A DNA stretch of 63,832 nt, the filler included, from Phoronis australis (lineage: Eukaryota; Animalia; Phoronida): assembly GCA_002633005.1 (NCBI GenBank). It is 11 parts of 11 records of this genome, joined end to end, with 100 filler letters (N's around TTAATTAATTAA, not from the genome) between each part and the next. Parts side by side here need not be neighbours in the genome. Positions count along the whole stretch, not along the records: positions 47,330 to 51,450 come from NMRA01002693.1; positions 51,551 to 56,753 come from NMRA01002392.1; positions 56,854 to 60,755 come from NMRA01002781.1; positions 60,856 to 63,832 come from NMRA01003296.1; 7 more parts are not named here. One strand, 5' to 3'. This document shows, one piece after another, positions 51,103 through 63,798 of the stretch. Position 1 is the stretch's first letter. Each line of letters begins with the position of its first letter. A program made the position numbers and the translations under genes. The notes below the pieces were generated by a model. The model saw nothing but the letters and a program-made list of their open reading frames with translations, was not told the origin of the DNA and ran no database searches.

Positions 51103-53428
51103 CTTAAAAATGGTATCCACTGCGTAACAAAGATATCTAATGCTAAAATTCATGGCATAAATGTTCTATTGATGACTTACGGTGGGACCTGGTTCGATTC
51201 CATCAGCTCCAAAGCTGCTCAAAAACTTCACGCATTTTATAAGAATACAGTTTGCAAGAGCAGAACCAAAGTGGCTATGTATATATCCACATTCTACCAC
51301 AAAAGATTGGTGTAAATCCGTCACCTTTATGAATTTGTGTACATTTTCCTTTGTCACAGTAGAGGTGATTTCATGACAGCAAAAACAACAGTTCATTATT
51401 GCTTGAAACAAACAGGTTGTCTTGTTACTGAACGTCAATGCAGTATGCGCNNNNNNNNNNNNNNNNNNNNNNNNNNNNNNNNNNNNNNNNNNNNTTAATT
51501 AATTAANNNNNNNNNNNNNNNNNNNNNNNNNNNNNNNNNNNNNNNNNNNNGGATCAATAATCCCTTTTTATCTGATTAAGAAAGAAGTTCAGATAACACT
51601 TGTTGAGTAAAAGTGTTATTTTTGGCAAATAAAGTGGAAATACTAATTTCATGTTTAAACGTGCAATTTAATGAATATTAGTTTTTCATTGGTATGCTGT
51701 GTGATGTCATCAGGTCTAAATATTGATGGCCATCAGACAATAGTTATAGAACACAACTCTCTGAGGTTTTGTTGACAAGTTTGAATGTTCTAATAGAGAT
51801 GATTAGACTTTTCTGGCCTACGATATTTTTGCCTTTCTCTGCTACAGACCCACATAACAATACGCCAATGTATGTTAAGACTTTATGATATACAGACAAA
51901 AGTGGCCCAGTGAATTAATACTGTCCATACCACTTGCTTTGTCACAATATCTTACAAACCACTGCCCAGCAACCATGTTAGACTGAGTGAGGTAACATAT
52001 GCATATGCGTCTTTTGCAGGTTGTCGACATCTCTAAATACAGTTGATAACATTTAACAATGGACTGAAACATGGAGGCATACAGTAATGTTTGATTCAAA
52101 TGCTTCCATGTGAGTGAGAAGCATACAGGATAATGACATACATGTATCAAAGTTGTGTTGATATTGGTTTTTCGAAATGCAAGATAGGGGATTTTCAGCT
52201 TTTTATGCAGCTTTTTATGCAGTTGTCATTGTCCTGAAAGGTTGGCACAATTTCCAGGTGACGAATCGTTACACAAATAAACAGGGTTGTGTGATAGCAA
52301 TACATTGCGTGTTGTAAAATTAAAGTGTGATAAAACGTTTTTGCATGTACTTAGTCAAAATAATGATGAACAAAGATGAAAAAAGAGAAAACTGGAAATC
52401 AAATAAACGCAAGTCAAAACCAAAAAAGATGAAAATTCCAAGCCCTGCAAGTTACTTTCCATGGAAGTCACCAAGTCACAAATTGATAAAAAGGCAAAAA
52501 TCAAATTCTACCAGCTTTCTACTTTCAGAAAATATAAACTTTTACCATGTTAAAATGTGTGGTTTTGTATAGATACATGGCTAATCAAAGAGAATTGTGG
52601 ATAAGCTACTCCATATTCTTAATATGAAAACACCAAGAAAATACAATGTACAAGGCTTTTTATCTGCAAACATTTCAAAACAATACAAAAATGACCTTTT
52701 TATTTCAACCAATCCTTGTTCTGTCCTGCTATTATATCACTGGTGTCCCTCCAGTCCAAAGTAATAAAAGACACAACATTAAAACCCATAGTTACTCTCA
52801 GTCTAAAAGACTGAGATATTTTGCTTCTTGGTGAGTGGTCTTTCCCTACACTTGCTGTCTAACTTGCCTAAAGCAAGGCACAGGCTTGCCCAATTGACCT
52901 ATCACAAGCTCCGCCCCCTTATGTAATGTCGACTAATAAGCAATAAGTTTTACTGGGCAACGTGTTGTTAGTCCGGTAAAATGGCAGTTTGGAAATGAAA
53001 GTGTGTCAAGAATGCTGCGTTCTGATTGGTCAATTAAGCCGTCACTCAAAATCCTGGGTCAATTACTAGACATGTTAAGGATCTTTCGAATCTTGCTCCA
53101 AACTCTTGAGGGTAGCCAAGGTTTACATAACTGTTTGATGAAATTGGGCAGGAATGTTATTTTTAATATCTATTACTAGGTAAAAACTGGGCTTAGCATC
53201 GTTTTAATTGATGAGAGGAGTGGTACAAAAGGTTCATCGCAAGCTTACATCTCACCACACGGCTATATAGTGACAACATGCGCCCTGAGCCCTGCTATTC
53301 ACTTCAATATTTAATGGCAATAACATAAATATATCAATACACTGCTACTACATAGTAACGTTGGCAGGCCTGTCATTCAACTAATGATAACATGTACCCA
53401 GCAAAGCCAATAAATGCACTACTCTGAC

Positions 53429-53717
53429 CTATATTTTCACCTTTTTCTCTTTTATGTCTTCACTTTCAGCTTTCCTCTTCACTGGTGACCTTTTGACCCA
53501 CATATCAAGAGGCCCACATTTGGGTTGATCACCCTTCTTAGAATTGATTTCTGACTTTCCCGGTGACGTTTTTACAGTTTCACTCGAAACAAGCTTATCA
53601 ATGTTCTCATTTTTGTCATGCACAGGAAGTGAAGAATTGATTTTATCTTTGACCTCTTTGTTTCCTTTTGACATCCATGCCTTCATAAACTTACCACTAG
53701 CGCTCTCTTGTGGTTTT
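53429..53717 (-). CDS. HMCES: Abasic site processing protein HMCES, terminal coding exon
   Basis: tttttcag|A AAA CCA joins in phase 2 with the upstream exon. Contains SASGKFMKAWM and GPLDMWVKR; stop TAG at 53431-53429. Confidence 0.85.
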
Positions 53718-53881
53718 CTGAAAAACAGTGAGATCTGAAGCTGAACTCGGAGGCTTATGACAGGCATACAGTCTTCCCAATATTAACCACGATTAAATGT
53801 CGATCCTGTTGCCTTGAGCAGCAAACCATGGCATTAGATAATCTTTAATTCAGGTCAAAATTTTCAAGCTTAACTAGGTCA

Positions 53882-54098
53882 GTTGGTATCTCATAGTCAA
53901 CTGGATGGCAATCATTACATGTTGGTATCTCATAGCCATAATACAGCAACTGGATGGCAACCATTACATGTTGGTATCTCATAGTCATAATACAGCAACT
54001 GGATGGCAACCATTACATGTTGGTATCTCATAGCCATAATACAGCAACNATGTTGGTATCTCATAGTCATAATACAGCAACTGGATGGCAACCATTAC
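53882..54098 (+). repeat. 49-bp minisatellite, about 4.5 copies, containing a single N
   Basis: Unit TGTTGGTATCTCATAGCCATAATACAGCAACTGGATGGCAACCATTACA, starting at 53920, 53969 and 54018. Confidence 0.9.
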
Positions 54099-54501
54099 CT
54101 TACATGTTTACATATTAAATGCCCCAAAAATGAGCCACTTTTTGACAAGTAATTTTTCAGCAACCGTTAAACCAAATTTTTTCAAATCTCTTACAGATGA
54201 ATTGTAGAATATCGTCAACAAATGTGCAAAATATAAAAGAGATCTGTCTCCAATTGTGAGAGTAGTGTCAAATTAAAACATCAGGTAAAAAAATAAATAT
54301 CAAAGGGAAGCTTGCTAATTTCAGTCTATGCTCAGTGTGGCTCCCATTTTCCTCCACGACTATATGAAGCTGTTTCTAACAACCAGAAATGCTTTTCCAT
54401 ATTTCCTTCATCGGCATTTTCTACCGTGACATAATTATCCTGTCTTTAACTCCTACTCAGACAATTTGCCTCTCATTCCCAGTAAAGTGTATCTTTCAGA
54501 G

Positions 54502-54928
54502 AGTCCCATTTGACATAGTCCCATTTGACATAGTCCCATTTGACATAGTCCCATTTGACAAAGTCGCATTTGACATAGTCCCATTTGACATTGTCCCATT
54601 TGACATTGTCCCATTTGACATAGTCCCATTTGACATAGTCCCATTTGACATAGTCCCATTTGACATAGTCCCATTTGACATAGTCCCATTTGACATAGTC
54701 CCATTTGACATAGTCCCATTTGACATAGTCCCATTTGACATAGTCCCATTTGACACAGTCCCATTTGACACAGTCCCATTTGACACAGTCCCATTTGACA
54801 CAGTCCCATTTGACACAGTCCCATTTGACACAGTCCCATTTGACACAGTCTCATTTGACACAGTCCCATTTGACACAGTCCCATTTGAAACAGTCCCATT
54901 TGACACAGTCCCATTTGACATAGTCCAT
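54502..54928 (+). repeat. 15-bp minisatellite (AGTCCCATTTGACAY), about 28 copies
   Basis: Read directly; it is the source of the spurious IVPFD, MGLCQ and NGTMS ORFs. Confidence 0.97.
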
Positions 54929-54980
54929 TGGGTTGCAGTCATGACAAAGCAGAGGCCACTCATCCTTCTTGTTAAGTTTT

Positions 54981-55255
54981 GATGAGCCTGGGTTATCTTG
55001 CTCGTGATGAGCCTGGGTTATCTTGCTCGTGATGAGCCTGGGTTATCTTGCTCGTGATGAGCCTGGGTTATCTTGCTCGTGATGAGCCTGGGTTATCTTG
55101 CTCGTGATGAGCCTGGGTTATCTTGCTCGTGATGAGCCTGGGTTATCTTGCTCGTGATGAGCCTGGGTTATCTTGCTCGTGATGAGCCTGGGTTATCTTG
55201 CTCGTGATGAGCCTGGGTTATCTTGCTCGTGATGAGCCTGGGTTATCTTGCTCGT
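54981..55255 (+). repeat. 25-bp minisatellite, 11 identical copies
   Basis: GATGAGCCTGGGTTATCTTGCTCGT x11 with no spacers. Confidence 0.97.
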
Positions 55256-55972
55256 GTGTGAAGGAGCCCCATCTTGCTAAAACATGTAATTGTTTCCAAA
55301 ATAGTCTCCTGCAATCCGGGAGAATACTTTCATCCAATAACAGCGGGGAGCGTTGACTGTTAACTTGAAGTTTCATGATGGAGTTGAGAATTTCTTGTTT
55401 TTGTTTCCCAAACACACGATTATTTGGCAAGTTTTAGTGATTTCTAGTGTAAAGTCTTTTTTATCAGTGAAAATGATTCCCTTCACATCAGTGGCTTATT
55501 AGCGGTCACGCAAGTAGCGGTATCGATTTTTTTTTTTAATTTCCTTCTAACATTTTGATATCTCCGTGATACCCACATTCGGTTGAAGAGTTTTAGCTCC
55601 AGTTTTTTTTCCATTCTTGGTGCAGAAGACTGGCTAACTAGTAAATCGCTCGCTACTTCTCACAGAGATCAGTGATTCCCCCCCATTGTCCTCGTGAGTC
55701 TGAATCACGTTCACCGTTTTCTTTTGACTGCTACTTTTATGCGCAGCAGACCCTGCGTTGAGTATTTTAGCAACAAGTCTATTTACAGTGGCACGACCCT
55801 TTTCCTTAGAACTCCCATTATTATTCTTCTTCCTCCCGACCCTTTCTCTTTGAAACAGGTTTCAATCGTTAATTTACATCTTTCGCTCAAAGGCATCTTT
55901 ACAATCTAGAAAATTGGACAGAACTGCTGTGGAAATTACTACAGAAGTGACAGTCACACCCGTAACACTTAC

Positions 55973-56148
55973 TTTATAGTTACAGGGACTATGTTGTTTG
56001 CAGAGTTATTTCTAGAGTTGTTCACTTCAGTTGACACTGGGTGGCAGCAGATGTCTGTAGATGAGTGAATCAATTGAAGAGCTTGTTTGGCGGGCACATG
56101 ACCACAATCCAACCAATCACGCACTTCATCTGGTGACTCCAAGATGGC
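55973..56148 (-). CDS. HMCES: HMCES penultimate exon (C-terminal part of the SRAP domain)
   Basis: tgtcag|..AA|gtaagt. Encodes AILESPDEVRDWLDCGHVPAKQALQLIH..HPVSTEVNNSRNN, matching the remembered HMCES PAIL..KWLD..ALKLIH..H.VS..VNNSRNN. Confidence 0.92.
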
Positions 56149-56518
56149 CTGACAAATAGCACACACACCAGATTTACAGCTATGCAGTTCATTTGGAACT
56201 ACGTAACTTAATAATGCTCTTATGGTGTTTTTTCAAAACATAAACATTGCGGATGATGGAGACTGAAAAAGTCATTTCAATATTGATCCTAAGGTATAAA
56301 ACTTTGTAAGTTACTGTCGAGACAGTTTTAAGTTGATCAATTCAAATAAAACTTTACTTCATTGTTCAAGTTTTGTAATGAACAGCTGGCACAATCCAAT
56401 ACACTGGTAGTAATTTCATGGCATATACTTCTGGAGGTAATTGAGCCTTTGAGAACTGATAAGTTGTGTAGTGTTTTCAACTGTTCTGTGGAGACATTAT
56501 AACTAATTATGTAGAACT

Positions 56519-56583
56519 TCTGGTACACTATCTGGTACACTATCTGGTACACTATCTGGTACACTATCTGGTACACTATCTGG
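56519..56583 (+). repeat. 12-bp tandem repeat (TCTGGTACACTA), 5 copies
   Basis: Read directly from the sequence. Confidence 0.92.
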
Positions 56584-57383
56584 GTGAGAATTTACTGTGT
56601 GATGGATGGGTTGCATAGCTGAGTACAGTGTTCAACTTACAGGCATTCTGTGATGGATATGTGACATAGCTGAGTACAGTGTTAGATACAGGTTTCATGC
56701 AAGATGAGTAACATTTACTTTCTTATTTTATACAATTTTTCACGTTCCAAGCCNNNNNNNNNNNNNNNNNNNNNNNNNNNNNNNNNNNNNNNNNNNNTTA
56801 ATTAATTAANNNNNNNNNNNNNNNNNNNNNNNNNNNNNNNNNNNNNNNNNNNNAGTTTCAACTCACAAAAATACACCTGTCAATTCCTACCAATTGAGTT
56901 CAATCAGTACCTAAACTGGTTATTCCATACAACTAGCATCCAATGATAGCCAACTTTACAACCCAAAAATCACTTGCTATGAGACTAGGATGTCAGCACA
57001 AAACCAAAGTGGTCTAGCGCATTTGCATGTAGGTTAGACAGAACCAAGCAGCAGAGAGGTGACATCCTTAGGTACAACAATGAGCCATTGCCGTTAATAC
57101 TTAGCAAAGTAATTATGTTTCGACAATTGCACCTTTGATATTTCAACTTATAACTTCTAATAGTTTTCAAAAAAAGATGATGTTTCTTTTTGTAAAAAAA
57201 TTGGCCAAACGATCAACATAAACTTTCAATCAACTCTTCAGTCGGGCAATTTCAAGTTTTACTTGATCTTGTCTGGTTTCCTTCCCAAATTTCATAGAAT
57301 GCCGTCACCTTTTTTGATAACTACTGACTCTTAACCTGGAAAGCTGGTGACCCTTGACCTTAAGCCTACTCAAACCCATATCA

Positions 57384-57519
57384 CAGGGGCGGCGCAGCAC
57401 TGAAAAAAGTGGGGGGACTAAAGTCCCCTCAGCCCCCTGTGGTGCATCGCCTACAGACCAAGTGCGGCGTAGCACAGTGGGGGTTATAGCCCCCAGCCCC
57501 CTATGGTGCGCCGCCCATG
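57384..57519 (+). mobile_element. MITE family A, 5-bp TSD TATCA
   Basis: CAGGGGCGGCGCA..TGCGCCGCCCATG, with TATCA at 57379-57383 and 57520-57524. Confidence 0.88.
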
Positions 57520-58065
57520 TATCAATGAGTCATGTCTGTTCCTAAAGCCAACTCTTACAAAGACAAGCTGGTGTCAAACTAAAGACGTGTAGTCCAATTC
57601 TCGGCCAAGCAATGAAATCAACACCATGATTTACATAAGACACAGGATTACACTGTGTAGTCACTTGAACTTTACATCACTACTACCTACACTGATAATT
57701 CACAAAAAACGTTCCACAAGAAGTAACTATCCAACTTACGGTGAAATCTCACCAATTCCGGACAAAAATAATGACGAAAATTGTTCTTTTCTTGCATTTC
57801 AAAGCCATGTGAAATTGTTGCGAATGCCCACAATTTCACAGAACATCGTCTTATAGTAGCTATGGAATAAACTTGACAGACCAAGCAAGTATCTCATTCT
57901 ATTTCTCTTTTACATCAATCAACAAATAAGATTCGACTTGTCTGCCACATTATGTCCTAAATCCGAGAGATTCTACCGTAAATCTTAGCACTAAGTTATT
58001 TTCAAGAAGTGAGTAATGAAAGTCCGATGATAGCAGAAAGTCCAATATTCAGCACTGGCTCTTGG

Positions 58066-58218
58066 CTAATATCGGTTACCGGCGGCCACGTTCCGCACGG
58101 CACCCTGGGCTGCCGCTCCTGCCGCATTCTGAACGGCGTCATTTTTCATCACGCCAGTAGCAAACTCCTGCTGTGCCTTCTGAAAGCTAGCACCAGTGCT
58201 ACGGTATAACCGATGAAC
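58066..58218 (-). CDS. SCAMP1: Secretory carrier-associated membrane protein (SCAMP), terminal exon
   Basis: tttacag| then [36 protein letters not shown]. The symbol is family level. Confidence 0.93.
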   Translation of the reverse strand, partial: VHRLYRSTGASFQKAQQEFATGVMKNDAVQNAAGAAAQGAVRNVAAGNRY

Positions 58219-58962
58219 CTGTAAAGATCGGAATAAAAACATGAATTAATAATAAAACGTCTTAACAGTTTAAAATGATAGGATCCCCTATTATCCCAAA
58301 CTATCTGCATCAATTGTGATATCTCTTTCTAAAGCTTGAAAAGTTGAATTAAGCTATTTATCCATTCCCTTTCAAAGAGCTGAGGCTTTTCTGTCTAATC
58401 CCCCAACTGTAAGACCGGGTGGAAGGAATTTTTAAAAAGTATTCCTCGAGAACACATTCAGCAACCTAATGCACAGCTGTGTCCTTGCAGTTTCAAGTGT
58501 TCTCATTTCACGCAAAATGGTCACCAAAATCGTAGCCAACTTTTCCAATCGTAGAGTCGTGGGGATTTCAACTAAGGAAAACTAAACATCAAAAACTTAG
58601 CAAATGAAGATAGTGTGATAACAAGCTTCGATTGTTATGCACGGCGGTATCTCACTAAGGCATGCATAATCTTGATTTTTGTGCATTTCTCAGGCCTTTG
58701 CACAGCAGAACTAGGGTTACAGGAGGTGAGATCCAGAATACTTTGAGCAAAAGATTTGCTTAAAGTCTACATATTCCTTCGATGCATTCGTAGCTCACAT
58801 CAATGCTGCATTCCGATATATTGTTTCACAAGTCAACAAGATTTCTTTGGAGTCACCGGATGTTGGCGAGCCGACAACTGTCCATAAAACATTTTAAAAA
58901 CAAAAGCGGTACCATAGATGAAACCCAGCCATACAAGTAGAGATTATTCTATAGAGACTTAC

Positions 58963-59080
58963 CTTTATCAATAACAGAATACTACCCACAGCACAAAGAG
59001 TAAACAAACTGGCTATAACCATCATCAATATTCCAACTCCCAGGTTATACTTTGAAAGTGTAAACGCATTGATCCAACCG
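58963..59080 (-). CDS. SCAMP1: SCAMP exon (TM4)
   Basis: tttttcag|..AAG|gtaagt. Encodes GWINAFTLSKYNLGVGILMMVIASLFTLCAVGSILLLIK. Confidence 0.92.
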
Positions 59081-59583
59081 CTGAAAAAAAGTAGAAAATA
59101 AATAGAATTTTCCAATACAGCGTCGGCGTATTAAATGGTATTAATAACAAACACTTGGCTTTACCTAGAATTCGTTTTGAGGTGACGACAAAAATTCAAA
59201 GTAAAGGTAATTCACACTTGTGATCATCAGACAAAACGACGTAGAATTCCCAGTCATGTCTTGTGCACAGGAAACGAATTTATCGTTAGAGTAGTCTTCC
59301 CTTGTGACCGAGAATGAAGGGAAATCAACAAGAAAGTTAGAAAGGTGGCACAGCCACTCTCCAGCAATATTTGCCGTTAACATATTAACCATCATGATAG
59401 GAAAACAGTATATTGTATGATTGCATTTGCCTTGTAAACATTCTCTAAGGCCCATCAGCCTGCCATCTGTTGGCCACATAATGTGACTAATGAACACAAG
59501 TCATGTATACAGTTGCCTTGTTCTGTAGTTCTATATGTATGTCAGTATGATAACTATGCGGTCTAAAAATGTTGCCTACTTAC

Positions 59584-59682
59584 ACTGTATAGCCACTGAT
59601 GCCGATACATTGCACGACGTTGCATATAAATTGAAAAAACATGACGAAGAAAAACGTGAAGAAGTTGACTGAGCTGTCGCTT
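59584..59682 (-). CDS. SCAMP1: SCAMP exon (end of E-peptide plus TM3)
   Basis: ttttcag|..GT|gtaagt. Encodes SDSSVNFFTFFFVMFFQFICNVVQCIGISGYT. Phases are consistent across the three exons. Confidence 0.92.
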
Positions 59683-59948
59683 CTGAAAATAGATCATAAG
59701 GTATCAACACACATAATCGCTGACTAGAACATGACAAGTTAGAACATTAATTCATCGTGTTAAAGCCAATTTACAATACAGAGTTAAATATAATTTAAAA
59801 CTTACAATGCAGTTAGTTTCATCAAACTGTTTAAGCTAGAATGCTCAATTAATGTTCATTATGGAAACTTCATAAACAACATGAGGATATAAGCTCACAG
59901 TCAATTCAATGTGCACTTAAGCTGACGCATTTTAACAAACAGTTCTTT

Positions 59949-60197
59949 CAGAGCTTGGAATGACCAATGATAAAAGAGAGGAAAATTTTCCAGGTGATAT
60001 ATTGTTTCATAAATGAATAGGCTTGTGTCATATTTTTTCTGTAGTAAAATTTAACTGAAATCGAGGTTTTTGCATGAATTAAGTCAAAGAAATGATAAAA
60101 AGAGAGACGAAAAAGGAGGAAACTGAAAATCAAATCAGACGAAATCGAAATCAAAAAAGAGGAAAATCCTCTTAAAGAAGGGAAATTCCAAGCCCTG
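59949..60197. mobile_element. Possible hAT-like MITE
   Basis: Ends CAGAGCTTGGAAT and ATTCCAAGCCCTG. No clean TSD. The same right end also occurs at ~52435-52447. Confidence 0.45.
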
Positions 60198-61100
60198 TAC
60201 TTTTCAAAATAAACTGGACAATGTCAAATTGATGCGTCATTTTTCATGAAACAGATGCCTGGTATTAAAGGGAATTTTGTATATGGTCATTTCTCTAACA
60301 CTTTGTATACGGTCATTTCTCTAACACTTTGTACACTGACGTAAAATTTGTTTTTCCCGTGACAGCGTTGTTTTCAAACTGAGAGTAAGAGACAAACTTG
60401 CTGTACAAACGTATTAGAGCCAAAATCAAGAGTTCCAATTATTTAAGATAAAACATCCCTAACAACAACACAATACTGAGAGTAATGAGGGCCTCCGAAA
60501 CAGTGGCTTGGCCAAGTGAATTATATTACCCCAAGTAACAATTAAAGTCTCTGATGATGGATTTACTTCAAAGTATATAGTTACACAAAACCTGTATCAA
60601 CATTGTATATAAAAACAAATACATACAAGTGAGAAACTAAATGTCATTCCACAAGAGCATCAGATCAAAAGTTTGACTCTAGGTCACCGACTCGGATCTT
60701 GAAAACACATTTTGTGTACATACCGTACATTCCGGTGGGATAAGATCAAAATGTTNNNNNNNNNNNNNNNNNNNNNNNNNNNNNNNNNNNNNNNNNNNNT
60801 TAATTAATTAANNNNNNNNNNNNNNNNNNNNNNNNNNNNNNNNNNNNNNNNNNNNCCGTCATTGGCATGACCTACACACATCCACATAGTGGTCTCACAG
60901 TGACTATAGTTCCTGTCAGACCTGAACTATCACCGGTGTGTTAACAAGATGCATGCACAACATTGTCACACAAACAGAATGATGAAATGTCAAGTGCAAT
61001 AAATATACATAAATAAATAAACAGATATTAATAGGTTGATATAGCTAGTATTCCAGTCGACACTTAAGTTTAAATGCTATAATGTAATTCAACTTTTCAG

Positions 61101-61717
61101 TTGCCAAATCTTGCTCTGAGTGGAAAAGCCAGGGCTTCACCAAGACAGGCACGTATATTATTGACCCTGATGGCTTCAACTACGGAGTAGGGCCACTAGA
61201 GGTCACCTGTGACATGAACCATGGAAATGGGACACGGACCACAATACACCATAGAAACGAAGCCCCAGCAGAAGTTACACAGTGTGCAACCCCACTATGT
61301 CATGAGGTGAACATCCAATATGGTGCCTTGCTAGAGCAAGTCGCAGCTGTCATCGATAATTCAGTCTCATGCAAACAGTACATCAAGTACGAATGTATCG
61401 GCTTCAATTTGTTCTTGATTTACGGGGACTCCCCGTACGCTGCTTGGTACACACGTGATGGCCACCTCATGAAAAACTGGGGAGGGGTCCCCGATGGGGG
61501 CAGTGGATGCGCGTGTGGCTTGACCAATTCCTGTCTCAAGTACAGCTTGAAATGTAACTGTGATGCCAATGAACAACGATGGGGAGAGGATTCAGGTTTT
61601 TTGACAAACAAGGACAACTTACCCGTGACGAGATTGGCATTTGGTGATGGAAGAGTAGATAACAATGGCAACGAAGCTGCGTGGGTTACACTAGGCCCAG
61701 TAGAGTGCGAAGATTGA
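61101..61717 (+). CDS. Terminal exon encoding a CASPR/neurexin-IV-type fibrinogen-like domain
   Basis: cttttcag| then AKSCSEWKSQG..TGTYIIDPDG..PLEVTCDM..CKQYIKYEC..W..NWGG..CACGL..C..CNCDAN..W.EDSGFLTNKDNLPVTRLAFGD..TLGPVEC, then stop. Confidence 0.88.
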
Positions 61718-62860
61718 GGATTATTATAAAAAGATTTAAGATTTATAGTATTCTCAGTACAGAAATTCGACGGTGATGATACTTGGTGTCGCAGCAGTTG
61801 AGAACAATCAAGATGAGCAAACAAAAACCGCACAGTGTAAGATAAAGAAATCATCAAGGAAATGAGTTGAACACTTCAAGAGATTGTGAGAAGAAAAAAC
61901 AGTTTCAGTTTGAGTTCAATCGCAGGATGCCACTGTGTTAAAGAGTATTTGGGGCGGGGGGTCAAAGTAAAAACAGGAGAACCCCTAGTTATTCATAACT
62001 TGCAATGACTCAGTTCCATAACTGCTTGAAAATAAAGCTTCATTAGTGGACTAGACACTCATAGTGGATTATCGGTAGAAACTGTTTACATCTTTGATTA
62101 TCTTGCTATTTACTAACTAGATCAAGACTGTCAGATAAAACTTTTTACCAACTGGACTAACATAGAAAAAATACAAACCACATAGAAATCATAGGCTAAA
62201 AATGACATATGTCCAGATCGGATAAGACAGATAAAGTAGAGACAGATAAAACACTTTAAGATATAGTAAAAATATATTAATAATATAAAAAACACCAGCT
62301 TTCGAGCCTTAATTTATTTTGTGCGGTTCTTCACCAGGTATGAAGACAAGTGGGGTGGCAGACTTTCTTATACCAACCTGTTCAGAACTAAGAGGGGAGG
62401 GGACGAGAGAAAATGAAGGGGAGAGGAAATGGGAAGGGTTAAAGACATCGACTCATGTGGCCCATGACTTTATTAAGACCACCCATCTTGCTGGTGTTGA
62501 ATAACAAAATCATTCAATTGATTTCTTTGAAATCATAGATCACACAAACATCAATAAATCAAACTACGATTCCCAATGGCTAAGTCACAGAATGGAGAGT
62601 AGCCACTCGGGGTCGATAACAGTATTATACAAAATACACACAGTTGATGATGGGAGTGATAAAACCAACAGTTGCTTTCTCCATTTTTCAGGGGACACAA
62701 AGCTTTTCAAAATATCTGTTGAAACGATATTTATTCTGCTGTATTCACTACATTTAATAAAACAGCAGCCAAGTGATTAGTTCGTAGTCCACTTTCAGCA
62801 TCTACTAACAATTTCTGTGTGAGACTTTTTTGCGTCATGTTGCCAATACGAAGTGTCAAG

Positions 62861-62910
62861 ACACGCACACGTGCACACACACAAACACACACACACACAC
62901 ACACACACGC
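62861..62910 (+). repeat. (CA)n microsatellite
   Basis: Read directly from the sequence. Confidence 0.9.
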
Positions 62911-63095
62911 ATAGATACATAAACACCTACATTCATTGTCAACAATCTCCCTGACAATCGTAATCAATTAAGAACGTGTAAGGTGTTTCAAAATGATGAC
63001 CAGACTAAATTAATCACATGTTGTATGTGAATTTTACTGACATGACTAAAAGTTCTTTCACTGTCGACAATACAAACAGTAATAAAGAAACTCAC

Positions 63096-63198
63096 CAGTC
63101 GGATGCCAAGCCAGCGGTTGGCAGTGTTTAAGAACAGGAACGTCAAACTGTACATGTCTATGGCTTTGAACAGAGACTGGAAAAATCTCTCACCATCC
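63096..63198 (-). CDS. ABCC (SUR/MRP-type) transporter, TMD2 exon
   Basis: gttgcag|..CTG|gtgagt. Encodes DGERFFQSLFKAIDMYSLTFLFLNTANRWLGIRL. Confidence 0.9.
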
Positions 63199-63621
63199 CT
63201 GCAACATACCAAAGTGAGTGAATTCCCCTCTAGTTAACCCTTTTCTCCAATAGTAGTTTGAAAGTCAAAAAAATATCACAATGTTGCATTAGTAAACCAT
63301 TCTTAAAAAATATTTCTTAATACTATTGCTGATGATGCTAATAATAATAACAATAATACAAAATAATAAGTATTACTATTATTATGGTAATGATAATTAT
63401 AATAACAATGACATTATCATAATTCTTATTATTGCATTACTATTAAGGTAAGCATGATAATAATGATAATAAAAATAATAATAATAAAAAAATGCTGATT
63501 AGGAAGTGATCTCTTAATCTAAAGTGCTTTACAACATCAATACCATGGCAGCTGATCTGTTCATAGTTCACCCTGTCTGACTCCGACATCTAATGACTAT
63601 TATAATTATAATTATGACTCA

Positions 63622-63798
<177 letters not shown>

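Noticed and set aside
51150-51215. tRNA gene (GGTTCGATTCC); similar B box at ~14780
   Set aside because: No cloverleaf forms. These are at most decayed tRNA-SINE heads.
54389-54982. Repetitive ORFs (IVPFD, MGLCQ, NGTMS)
   Set aside because: These are read-through of a 15-bp minisatellite inside the HMCES intron.
54981-55255. 25-bp identical repeats as a CRISPR array
   Set aside because: The repeats are head-to-tail with no spacers, in a eukaryotic intron, with no cas genes.
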